Shown: positions 1-8,728 of the stretch, piece after piece | Numbering within the stretch: the first letter of the stretch is position 1 | How the letters are laid out: each line of letters opens with the position of its first letter | Origin: Myxococcota bacterium | GTDB lineage: Bacteria; Myxococcota_A; UBA9160; UBA6930 | Reading direction: 5' to 3' | DNA: 56,512 bases | NCBI GenBank assembly: GCA_041605395.1 | Contig: JBFIYM010000002.1 | Span: 1-56,512 of the forward strand | Translations under genes and position numbers: made by a program | The notes under the pieces: generated by a model | What the model was told of the DNA's origin: nothing | The model's database searches: none | What the model saw: the letters and a program-made list of their open reading frames with translations, nothing else

Positions 1-1
1 C

Positions 2-2455
2 ACCCATCCGCTGCCCGCCGAGTACGCCGCCCTCGAGCTCACCGAGATCCCGCCCTGGGAGCCGCGCGACACGCTGGTGATCGGCAAGGCCATCGCCGCG
101 AGCCTGTCCCTCGACATCGACGCCGGGCCGACCGCCGACCTGGCGCGCTTCGTCGCCGCCGGGGCGACGCACGGCTTCGACGGCGAGGCGCTCTTCTTCG
201 AGGACGTGCGTCGGGTCGCGCCGATGGACCCGGCCAGCACCGTGCCGGACGCCACCTCGGGCGTTCCCTTCCTGACGGCGGCCCGGCCCGCCTCCGACGC
301 GAAGCGGATCGCCCGCGCCGGGGCGGCCGCGCGGCGCATCGAGACGCGTCTGGCCCGCGTTCCGCGCCTGGCCGCACTGCTCGATCGGCGCGAGCACTTC
401 GTCGGAAGCAACGAGTGGGGGGTCACGGCGGCGCACTCGGCCTCGGGCGGTCCGCTGATCGCGAACGATCCCCACCTGTCGCTCGATTCGCCGTCCACGT
501 TCTACGAGTGGCACCTGGTCGTCGACAACGACCCGGTGGACGGCCCCCTGAACGTGAGCGGCGTCGGCTTCCCCGGCGTGCCGGGCGTGATCCTCGGCCA
601 GAACGAGCACGTCAGCTGGGGCGCCACCACCAACCCGATGGACGTCACCGACCTGTTCCTGGACGAGCTGCACGGCGGCCAGGCCTGCGAAGGCCTCCAG
701 CCTCCCTCGTTCGTCTGCATCCGCTCGGCGGGCGCGTTCCATCCCGTCGAGGTGGACCTCGCCGTTCGCTATCGGGCGAACGAGATCGGGGACGGCATCT
801 CGGACAACCTGACCGTCGTCACGACCTCGCCGCTACTGACCGTGGAGTTCCGCAGCTTCGGCCCCGTGGTGGACGTCGGAGATCCCACGGTCATCGCGGG
901 GGGCGGCGTGACCTCCGCGGTGGTGCTCCAGTACACGGGCCTCCACGCGACCAACGAGGTGCAGACCTTCCTCACCTGGAACCGGGCGCGCGGGCTCGAC
1001 GACTTCCGCCGCGGCCTCGCCAGCTTCGACTTCGGCTCCCAGAACTGGGCCTACACGGACGTGGAGGGGAACCTCGGCTACTTCGCGAGCGCCGAGCTGC
1101 CGCTTCGCGCCGACCTCGAGGCGGGGCCCGTCGCGCGCACGCAGGCGCCGGTCTTCATCCGCGACGGCGTCTCCGGGCTCGAGAACTGGGTGCCCGACCC
1201 GGCGCGGTCCCAGGGCCAGGCGATCCCGTTCGCGGTGCTGCCGGCGGAGGAGATGCCGCAGACCCTGAACCCGGCAAACGGGTTCTTCGTGAACGCCAAC
1301 AACGACCCGGCCGGGACGACGCTCGACAACGACGTGCTGAACCAGCGCCGGCCGAGCCAGCCGGGCGCGGTCTACTACCTCTCGCCCGGCTACGACGAGG
1401 GGCTCCGCGCGGGCCGCATCACGCGCCTGATCCGCGAGCGGATCGAGCGGGGCGCCAGGATCTCGCCGCGCGACATGCGCGCGTTCCAGCTGAACGACCA
1501 GCAGCTCGACGCGGAGCTGATGGTGCCGTTCCTGCTCGAGGCGTTCGCCAGCGCCGGCCGGCCCGAGGCGCCGCCGGCGCTGGCGGCCCTCGGCCAGCAG
1601 CCCCGCCTCGCCGAGGCCATCGCACGCCTGCGCGGCTGGGACTTCTCGAGTCCCACCGGCATCCCCGAGGGCTACGACGACACCGACGTGAACGGCGAGC
1701 GCACGCCGAGCGTGCCGGCGCCCGAGGTGCGCGCGAGCGTGGCCGCCACGATCTACAACGTGTGGCGCGGTCAGGCGATCCGGCGCGTCGTCGACGCGAC
1801 GCTCGCTGGCGTGGGGCTCGGCGTGGGCTCGGGCGAAGCGCTCGTGGCGCTCCACCACCTGCTCCGGGAGCAGCCGTTCGACGGCGTGGGGAGCTCGGGG
1901 CTCTCGTTCTTCCGGGAGCCCGCCGGGTGGAGCGCAGAGGATCGCCGCGACCACGCGCTGCTCACGGCGCTCGAAGCCGCCCTCGACCTGCTGGCGTCGC
2001 CCGCCATGGCGGCCGCGTTCGGGGGCTCGACCGACCTCGACGACTACCGCTGGGGCAAGCTGCATCGCATCACCTTCGACCATCCGTTCCAGCCCGAGCG
2101 CTCGGTGCCCCCGGCCGGCGGCTTCGACGACCTGGCACCCGGTCTGCCCGGCGTGGCGCGCGACGGCGGCTACGAGGTGGTGAACGCTTCGGGCTTCTCG
2201 GCGCGCGCCGACAGCGTGAACGGCTTCCGCTTCGGGGGCGGGCCCGTGCGACGCTACGTGGGTGAGAGCAAGCGGAACGGCGTGCGCGGCTGGAACGTCG
2301 TGCCGGGGGGGCGCTCGGCCGATCCCGCCGACCCGTCGTTCACCGTCCAGCTCGGGCGCTGGCTCACCGGCGAGACGCACGGCGTCGACATGCGGCGCCG
2401 GCTGCCCCGGGGCGAGATCGTCTCGGGCGATCGCTTCGTGCCGGTCGCGGACTAG
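2..2455 (+). CDS. penicillin acylase family (Ntn-hydrolase, peptidase S45) protein, 5' end off the window
   Basis: The frame is open from base 2 with G/C-rich third positions. It has 'GSNEWGV...GGPLIANDPHL' (Ser nucleophile context of penicillin/AHL acylases). TAG stop at 2453-2455. Confidence 0.85.
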   Translation, partial: THPLPAEYAALELTEIPPWEPRDTLVIGKAIAASLSLDIDAGPTADLARFVAAGATHGFDGEALFFEDVRRVAPMDPASTVPDATSGVPFLTAARPASDAKRIARAGAAARRIETRLARVPRLAALLDRREHFVGSNEWGVTAAHSASGGPLIANDPHLSLDSPSTFYEWHLVVDNDPVDGPLNVSGVGFPGVPGVILGQNEHVSWGATTNPMDVTDLFLDELHGGQACEGLQPPSFVCIRSAGAFHPVEVDLAVRYRANEIGDGISDNLTVVTTSPLLTVEFRSFGPVVDVGDPTVIAGGGVTSAVVLQYTGLHATNEVQTFLTWNRARGLDDFRRGLASFDFGSQNWAYTDVEGNLGYFASAELPLRADLEAGPVARTQAPVFIRDGVSGLENWVPDPARSQGQAIPFAVLPAEEMPQTLNPANGFFVNANNDPAGTTLDNDVLNQRRPSQPGAVYYLSPGYDEGLRAGRITRLIRERIERGARISPRDMRAFQLNDQQLDAELMVPFLLEAFASAGRPEAPPALAALGQQPRLAEAIARLRGWDFSSPTGIPEGYDDTDVNGERTPSVPAPEVRASVAATIYNVWRGQAIRRVVDATLAGVGLGVGSGEALVALHHLLREQPFDGVGSSGLSFFREPAGWSAEDRRDHALLTALEAALDLLASPAMAAAFGGSTDLDDYRWGKLHRITFDHPFQPERSVPPAGGFDDLAPGLPGVARDGGYEVVNASGFSARADSVNGFRFGGGPVRRYVGESKRNGVRGWNVVPGGRSADPADPSFTVQLGRWLTGETHGVDMRRRLPRGEIVSGDRFVPVAD

Positions 2456-2495
2456 GGAACCCCTGCGGAACCCGCGCACGCTCCCGGGGCCACGA

Positions 2496-4133
2496 CTAGC
2501 CCCCTGGACTGCGCTCGATCTGCTCGAGGCGGGCGCGCACCAGCCGGGCGCGCGGATCCTCGGGGTCGAGCCCGAGGGCATGCTCGACGTGGATGCGGGC
2601 CTCGGCGGGCCGACCGAGATCGAGCAGCACGTTGGCGAGCAGGAGCCGCGCGACGATCTGGTCGGGGGCCAGGGCCACGCTTCGCTCGAGATGGGGGAGC
2701 GCGTCCCCGGGCCGCTCGAGGCTGCGCAACAGGGCGCCCAGGTTCTGCGGGGGCACGCTCCATCGGGGCGCGAGGGTGGACGCGATCTCGAACGCCTCGC
2801 GCGCCTCCGGGTAGCGCCGGTCCGCGGCCAGCACGACGCCGAGCTCGTTGTGCATCACCGGGTTCGGGCCGGTGACGGCGATGGCGCGCTCGAAGAGCGT
2901 GCGCGAATCCCGCCAGAAGCCGAGCTGGGCGCGGGTGGCCCCCGCGAGCGCCGTCGAGACGACGAGCGTGAGCGCGACGGCGATCGGCGTTCGCCAGCGC
3001 GCGCGCAGGCCACGCGACCCGGCGTCGGCCGCGCCCCAGACGGCGGCCAGCGCGAGGCCGATCAGCGGGACGTAGGCGTAGCGGTCGGCGAGCCCCTGCC
3101 AGCCGATCTGGACGATGCCGCTCACCGGCACGAGCATGCCGAGGAACCAGAGCCAGCCGATCCAGGGAGCCTTCGACCCGCGCCGGAATGCCAGGGCCCC
3201 GAGCGCGGTGAGAGCCAGCAGCAGCGTGGTCGCCCCCGCCACCTCGGCCCACGGCAGCGTCGCGCCTTCGATCAGCAGCGGATGTGGGTAGAGCACGGCG
3301 AGATCGACGGGCCACACGGCGCGCGCCAGATAGCCCGTGTAGGCGATCGGCAGGGTCGCGAGGCGCGCGTGCCACGGCAGGTGGGCCGCGGGCTGCATCG
3401 CCCCCGCCTCGGCCTGGGAGACGTAGGCGGCGACGCAGGCCCCGAACGACAGCGCGAAGAGCGGCCACTTCTCGCGCAGCCGCTGGCCGAGGCCGGTCGC
3501 TCGCGCGAGCGGCCACACGTCGAGCACCAGCAGCAGGAACGGCAGCGTGACCCACATCGCCTTCGCGAGCAGGCTGGCGCCGAGCAGGGCCGTCACCAGC
3601 GCGAGGCGGCGTGCGCCGCCCCGCTTCACGTAGCCCGCGTAGGCTGCGACCGCGAGCAGACCGAAGCTCGTCGACAGCAGGTTCTTGCGCTCCGCCACCC
3701 ACGCCACGGACTCGATGGCGAGCGGATGCAGCGCGAACAGCGCCGCCACCGCGAGGCTGCGACCGGGCCGGCCCGTGAGCGCGCGCAGCGCCACGAAGAC
3801 GAGGGCGACGTTCCCCAGGTGCAGCGCGACGTTCACCGCGTGATGGCCCGCCGGGTCGGTCCCGAACCAGGCAACGTCCGCCATGTGGGACAGCCAGGTG
3901 AGGGGATGCCAGTTGCCCGCGTGCGCCTCGCTGAACGCCCAGCGCACCCCCTCCCACGAGAAGCCCGCGGCGAGATGCGGGTTCTGGGTCACGTAGACGG
4001 GGTCGTCGTAGCTCAGGAACGCGAATTCGAGGGCCGGCGCATAGAGCCAGGCGGTGGCGACGAGCAGGCCCGTCAGGCCGGCGTGGACGGGGCGCGGGCG
4101 CAGGGGCCCCCACCGGGCGGGGCGCGGGCTCAC
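2496..4133 (-). CDS. TPR-repeat membrane glycosyltransferase, PMT_2/TMTC-like
   Basis: 545-aa ORF with a GTG start and a multi-TM N-terminal half. It carries 'FLSYDDPVYVTQNPHL', typical of TMTC/DUF1736-type O-mannosyltransferase-like proteins. The C-terminal third is TPR-like (NELGVVLAADRRYPEAREAFE...). Confidence 0.7.
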   Translation of the reverse strand: MSPRPARWGPLRPRPVHAGLTGLLVATAWLYAPALEFAFLSYDDPVYVTQNPHLAAGFSWEGVRWAFSEAHAGNWHPLTWLSHMADVAWFGTDPAGHHAVNVALHLGNVALVFVALRALTGRPGRSLAVAALFALHPLAIESVAWVAERKNLLSTSFGLLAVAAYAGYVKRGGARRLALVTALLGASLLAKAMWVTLPFLLLVLDVWPLARATGLGQRLREKWPLFALSFGACVAAYVSQAEAGAMQPAAHLPWHARLATLPIAYTGYLARAVWPVDLAVLYPHPLLIEGATLPWAEVAGATTLLLALTALGALAFRRGSKAPWIGWLWFLGMLVPVSGIVQIGWQGLADRYAYVPLIGLALAAVWGAADAGSRGLRARWRTPIAVALTLVVSTALAGATRAQLGFWRDSRTLFERAIAVTGPNPVMHNELGVVLAADRRYPEAREAFEIASTLAPRWSVPPQNLGALLRSLERPGDALPHLERSVALAPDQIVARLLLANVLLDLGRPAEARIHVEHALGLDPEDPRARLVRARLEQIERSPGG

Positions 4134-4161
4134 GCGCCGCTCCGGGCGCCGGGCGTGGCCA

Positions 4162-5538
4162 TCACTCCTCGTCCAGGTAGCCGAGCGCGCGCAGGCGCGC
4201 GCGGTCTTCGTCCGAGAGCGCCTTCGGGATCGGACGCCGCGGGACGGTCTCCGCCAGGTAGGCGTCGAGCGCCTCGAGGTCGGCCGCGCGCGTCGCGATC
4301 CGCTCCCAGCGTCGGCCGCCCTCCCAGCGCAGCTGGGTGTAGACGAAGGGCGCGCGCGGACCGCCGCGCCGTGCGCGCAGGAAGCGGTCGCTCGCGTAGG
4401 CGCTCACCTCGGAGCCGACGTCGCTGAAGAGGAGTCGGTCCGGTAGGGGTCGACCCGTCTCGAGGTAGCTCCCGAGGGCGAGGCCCCGCGCCTCGGCGGG
4501 GACCGGGAGCCCGGCGAACGCCAGCAGGGTGGGGGCCACGTCGACGTGGTGGACGGGCTCGCTGCGGCGGCCCGGCGCCAGGCCCGGCGCGCGCAGCAGC
4601 AGCGGGACGTGCACCTGGTCGGGCGTCGTGGCGTGTCCGTGGCTCAGGTAGAAGCCGCCCTCCCCGAAGCTCTCGCCGTGATCCGCCGTCACCAGGATCG
4701 CGTTCGGGCGGCCGCGCGCCTCGACGCCGGCGAGGAGCGCCGCGAAGGACGCATCGAAGTAGGCGATCTCGCCGGCGTAGCGGCGGACGTACTGGCCGAG
4801 GCGATCCAGGCCGGGGATCGCCTGGTAGCGCGGGATGCCCCCGGGCTCGTCGTCGCCCGCCAGCCGCGGCAGGGGTGAGGCGTCGTCCGCCTCGAGGGGA
4901 GCGAACGCGTCGAGCCACTCCGGAGGCGGGAGGTAGGGCCCGTGCGGATCCTGGTAGTGGACGAAGAGGAAGACCGGCGGGTCCCCCTGTGCCGCGAGCC
5001 ACGCCAGGGCGCGTGCCGTCGTGTCCGGCGCGGCCCGCTCGTAGAAGTCCGGGCGATTCGGCTCCGCGGCCGGGAACGCGTCGTCGTACACCTCGAAGCC
5101 GGCGTCGAGGCCGCTCGCCCGCCGCAGCACGAAGTTGCTCACGAAGGCGCCGGTCGCGTAGCCGGCCCCGCGCAGGCGTTCGGCGAGCGTCACCGCGCCC
5201 TCGAGCCGCGTCGTGCCGTTCACCCAGCCGACCGAATGCTCGCGCACGAAGCGGGACGTCATGAGCGTGGCGTGCGAGGGCACCGTGCTGGAGCTCGCGG
5301 CGAGGGCGCGTTCGAACACGACGGCCCCCTCGGCGAAGCGGTCGAGGTGCGGGCTCGTCGGCAGTGGAAAGCCGTAGACGCCGAGATGGTCCGCACGCAG
5401 CGTGTCGATCACCACGAGCACCAGGTCCGGGGGGCGCTCGGGAAACGCCCCGCCGCAGCCGAGCGCGAGCAGCGCGGCCAGCAGGACGGATCCGTTGCGA
5501 AGCACGGTCGCGGCAACCTCCCGGAAAGGGCGCAGCAT
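4162..5538 (-). CDS. sulfatase-like (alkaline-phosphatase superfamily) lipoprotein
   Basis: ATG start and lipobox 'LLALGCGG'. It has 'VVIDTLRADHLGVYG', 'DPHGPY' and 'TADHGE' metal-site motifs. The FGly motif position reads T-V-P-S-H instead of C/S-x-P-x-R. Confidence 0.8.
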   Translation of the reverse strand: MLRPFREVAATVLRNGSVLLAALLALGCGGAFPERPPDLVLVVIDTLRADHLGVYGFPLPTSPHLDRFAEGAVVFERALAASSSTVPSHATLMTSRFVREHSVGWVNGTTRLEGAVTLAERLRGAGYATGAFVSNFVLRRASGLDAGFEVYDDAFPAAEPNRPDFYERAAPDTTARALAWLAAQGDPPVFLFVHYQDPHGPYLPPPEWLDAFAPLEADDASPLPRLAGDDEPGGIPRYQAIPGLDRLGQYVRRYAGEIAYFDASFAALLAGVEARGRPNAILVTADHGESFGEGGFYLSHGHATTPDQVHVPLLLRAPGLAPGRRSEPVHHVDVAPTLLAFAGLPVPAEARGLALGSYLETGRPLPDRLLFSDVGSEVSAYASDRFLRARRGGPRAPFVYTQLRWEGGRRWERIATRAADLEALDAYLAETVPRRPIPKALSDEDRARLRALGYLDEE

Positions 5539-5593
5539 GGCATCGTGCCGAGCCGCGGTCGACAGGCGGGAGGGTGGGTGGTACCGAACCTGC

Positions 5594-5665
5594 GGGCCGC
5601 TAGCTCAATGGTAGAGCAGCGGGCTTTTAACCCGTTGGTTCGGGGTTCGAGTCCCCGGCGGCCCA
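5594..5665 (+). tRNA. tRNA-Lys (anticodon UUU)
   Basis: Manual cloverleaf: acceptor GGGCCGC/GCGGCCC, D arm GCTC-AATGGTA-GAGC, anticodon loop CTTTTAA, T arm CGGGG-TTCGAGT-CCCCG, discriminator A. CCA is not encoded. Confidence 0.9.
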
Positions 5666-5711
5666 CGCCGCCGTCCGCCAGCGCCTGGCTGAACGTCGCG
5701 ACGCCACCGAG

Positions 5712-7751
5712 ATGACACCGCACCAGAGCCGCCAGCCCGTCACCGGTCGGCCGTCGCAGCGCCGACCGGCCGGGTGGCGCCACGCCGGGACGTTGCTGGG
5801 GATCTTCGCGGTCGCGCTGGGCGTGCGGGCGGTGGTCCTGCTCCAGCTGCGGGCGTCGCCGTTCTTTCCCTTCTACATCGGGGACGCCAAGGGCTACCAC
5901 GAGTGGGCCCAGCGCATCGCGAGCGGCGACTGGGTGGGGCAGGAGGTGTTCTACCAGGCCCCGCTCTACCCCTACTTCCTCGGGGTGCTCTACGCGCTCG
6001 GCACGGACGACCTGCTGTTCGTCCGCGTCTGCCAGGCGATCATCGGATCGCTCGGCTGCGTGCTGATCGCCGATACCGCCCGACGGCTGTTCTCGCCGAA
6101 GGCTGGCGTCGTGGCCGGCCTGATGATGGCGCTCTACGCACCGGCCATCTTCTTCGACGGCCTGATCCAGAAGTCCGTGCTGGACCTGTTCTTCCTCGCG
6201 CTCGCGCTCCGATTGATCGTCGGGGCGGAGCAGGGGGAGCGGAAGGCCCCGTGGTTCGGGGCGGGGATGGCGATCGGCGCGCTGGTGCTGTGTCGCGAGA
6301 ACGCGCTGGTGTTCGTGGCCGCGGTGCTGCTCTGGCTGGTCGCGAGCGCGCGTCGCCGCGGCCGGCGGCAGCTCGCCTTCGCGGTGCTGTTCGTGGCCGG
6401 CCTCGCGGCCGTGCTGTCGCCCGTGGCGCTCCGCAACCGTCTCGTGGGCGGCGGCTTCTACCTGACCACGTCCCAGTTCGGCCCGAACTTCTACATCGGC
6501 AACAACGAGGACGCGGACGGCACCTATCGACCGCTTCGCCCGGGCCGAGGCAACGTGAAGTACGAGCGGAGGGATGCGACCGAGCTGGCGGAGAAGGCGC
6601 TCGGGCGGGCGCTCTCCCCCGCCGAGGTGTCGCGCTACTGGACCGGGCAGGCGCTCGCCTACATCACCGAGCACCCCGCCGATTGGCTCGCGCTGATGCT
6701 CACGAAGTGGGGCCTGGTCTGGAACGCGATCGAGCTCGAGGACTCCGAAGACCTCTACACGTACGCCGAGTGGTCCCCGCCATTGCGGTGGCTCACCTGG
6801 AGCTGGCACTTCGGCATGCTGGCGCCGCTGGCCGCCTGGGGCGTGGTCGTCACCTGGCGCGATCGCCGGCGGCTCTGGCTGCTCTACGGGATGGCGGGCG
6901 CCTACGCGGCGGGGGTCGCCGCGTTCTACGTGTTCGGCCGCTATCGGTACCCCCTGGTGCCGTTCCTGGTCCTGTTCGCCGCCGGCGGGCTGGCCGGGAC
7001 GATCCCGTTCCTGCGCTCCGCCCCGCGAGGCGCGGTCGGGGTGGCTGCCGGCGCGGCCGTTGCGGTCGCGGCGTTCAGCAACTGGCCGACACCGTTCGAG
7101 GAGGGCCTGGGCGCCGCCACCCGCTACAGCATCGCCAACCATCTGCGCCGGGCGGGCCGGGTGGACGAGGCGGAACGCTACTACCGCGAGACGCTCGAGA
7201 TCACTCCGAACATGGCGCCCGCGCACACGAACCTGGGTGACCTGCTGCGAGCGTCGGGCCGGGTCGACGAGGCCATCGACCACTACGAGGCTGTGCTCCG
7301 GATCCAGCGCAGGCGAGGGAACCCGGTGGACGCCAGTGTCCACTACGACCTCGGGCTGGCGTACCTGGAGCGGCGGCAGGTCCAGCGGGCGCGAGAGCAG
7401 CTCGCGATCGCCATGGCCAAGCGCCCGGGCTGGGCGGGTCCCGTGAACGCGAGCGCGTGGCTGCTCGCGACCGATCCGGATCCGGCCGTGCGTCGACCCG
7501 AGGAGGCGGTTCGGCTGGCCGAGCTGGCGAACCGCCTGACCCAGGGACGGAACGCCTCGGTGCTCGACACGCTGGCCGCGGCCTACGCCGCGGCCGGGCG
7601 CTTTGCGGAGGCGCAACACACCGCACGCCGGGCGCTGGAGCAGGTCGATCCGTCGCAGGACGCCGCCCTGCACGAGCGCCTCGAGGAGCGGCTCACGCGC
7701 TACCAGCGATCGCAGCCCTTCGTGCAGCCGGAGCCCGGCGCCGCGCCGTAG
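5712..7751 (+). CDS. glycosyltransferase family 39 (ArnT/PMT-like) membrane protein with C-terminal TPR repeats
   Basis: 679-aa ORF with an ATG start. The N-terminal ~460 aa are polytopic with 'GDAKGYHEWAQRIASGDW...QAPLYPYFLG'. The C-terminus has clear TPR units (AGRVDEAERYYRETLEITPNMAPAHTNLGDLL...). Confidence 0.8.
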   Translation: MTPHQSRQPVTGRPSQRRPAGWRHAGTLLGIFAVALGVRAVVLLQLRASPFFPFYIGDAKGYHEWAQRIASGDWVGQEVFYQAPLYPYFLGVLYALGTDDLLFVRVCQAIIGSLGCVLIADTARRLFSPKAGVVAGLMMALYAPAIFFDGLIQKSVLDLFFLALALRLIVGAEQGERKAPWFGAGMAIGALVLCRENALVFVAAVLLWLVASARRRGRRQLAFAVLFVAGLAAVLSPVALRNRLVGGGFYLTTSQFGPNFYIGNNEDADGTYRPLRPGRGNVKYERRDATELAEKALGRALSPAEVSRYWTGQALAYITEHPADWLALMLTKWGLVWNAIELEDSEDLYTYAEWSPPLRWLTWSWHFGMLAPLAAWGVVVTWRDRRRLWLLYGMAGAYAAGVAAFYVFGRYRYPLVPFLVLFAAGGLAGTIPFLRSAPRGAVGVAAGAAVAVAAFSNWPTPFEEGLGAATRYSIANHLRRAGRVDEAERYYRETLEITPNMAPAHTNLGDLLRASGRVDEAIDHYEAVLRIQRRRGNPVDASVHYDLGLAYLERRQVQRAREQLAIAMAKRPGWAGPVNASAWLLATDPDPAVRRPEEAVRLAELANRLTQGRNASVLDTLAAAYAAAGRFAEAQHTARRALEQVDPSQDAALHERLEERLTRYQRSQPFVQPEPGAAP

Positions 7752-7780
7752 CCCGACCCGGGCTCCCCGCGCGCGGTAGC

Positions 7781-8728
7781 ATGCCGGGGTTTCGCGCCCT
7801 GACCGGAACCCCCATGTCCACGGAAACCGCCCCGCGAAGTCCGCTCCGGCGCCTGCTGTCGGCCTCGTTCCGACAACAGGCCCGCTCGCTGCGCTGCCCC
7901 GAGGCCCCCCGGCTCGACGGCCGCCGCGCGCTGGTGACCGGCGCGACCGGCGGCATCGGCCTTGAGATCGCGCGTGGCCTGGCCCGGCGGGGCGCCGACC
8001 TGGTCCTGCCGTGTCGGAACCTCGCGAAGGGGGAGGGCGTCGCCGGCGCGCTCCGGGAGGCGTCGGGACGCGCGGTCGAGCTGGTCGAGATGGATCTCGA
8101 AGACCTCGCCTCGGTCCGAGCCGCGGCGGAGCGCGTCGTCGCCGGGGGGCAGCCGCTGGACCTGCTCGTCGAGAACGCCGGCCTCTGGCCCCAGCGCTAT
8201 GCCGAGACGCGGCAGGGCTTCGAGATCGCCTTCGGGGTGAACGTGCTCGCGCACTTCGCGCTGCGCGAGCGGCTGATTGCCGCAGGTCTCCTGCCCGCGA
8301 CGCGGGTGGTGATGTTGACCGGCGACATCTACGTCCTCGCCCGCGAGTGCACCGCGCACCAGCGCTGGTCGGGGCCGCTCGGCGGCATGCGTGCCTACTG
8401 CCGCAGCAAGCTCGGCAACCTCTGGATCGGCTTCGAGCTGGCGCGACGCCGGCCCGAGCTCAGCGTGGCCATCGCGCACCCCGGCGTCGTGGCCACGGGC
8501 CTCGGCGGGGACTTCGGTGGCGTCGGCGCCTGGCTCCGGCGGCGCCTCATGATCCCGCCCGCGCTCGGGGCCGAGACGCCGCTCTACTGCGCCACCCAGC
8601 CGATCGAGAGCGGGAGCTACTGGCACAACGTCCACGGTCGCATGCGCCTCGCCCCCGACGACCCCGCCTCCGACGCGGCGGCCGCCCGGCGCCTGTTCGA
8701 CGAATGCGCAGCGCTGGCGGCGGCCTAG
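7781..8728 (+). CDS. short-chain dehydrogenase/reductase (SDR) family oxidoreductase
   Basis: It has the 'ALVTGATGGIGLEIARGL' Rossmann motif and 'YCRSKLGN' (YxxxK). The start is ambiguous (ATG 7781 or ATG 7814). The upstream part of the listed 7457 ORF overlaps the GT39 gene and looks non-coding. Confidence 0.8.
   Translation: MPGFRALTGTPMSTETAPRSPLRRLLSASFRQQARSLRCPEAPRLDGRRALVTGATGGIGLEIARGLARRGADLVLPCRNLAKGEGVAGALREASGRAVELVEMDLEDLASVRAAAERVVAGGQPLDLLVENAGLWPQRYAETRQGFEIAFGVNVLAHFALRERLIAAGLLPATRVVMLTGDIYVLARECTAHQRWSGPLGGMRAYCRSKLGNLWIGFELARRRPELSVAIAHPGVVATGLGGDFGGVGAWLRRRLMIPPALGAETPLYCATQPIESGSYWHNVHGRMRLAPDDPASDAAAARRLFDECAALAAA

Noticed and set aside
2456-2495. The direct repeat 'GGAACCC..GGAACCC' and possible hairpins between the convergent acylase and TPR genes. 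Short GC hairpins occur after other convergent pairs too (11760-11792, 25259-25291).
   Set aside because: The stems are 4-5 bp with mismatches and have no U-tract. They cannot be told apart from chance in GC-rich DNA.
5594-5665. tRNA genes (Lys, Ala, Leu) as markers of an integrated mobile element.
   Set aside because: No integrase, transposase or phage gene appears anywhere in the window, and I saw no direct repeat of a tRNA 3' end. A genomic-island status cannot be supported.
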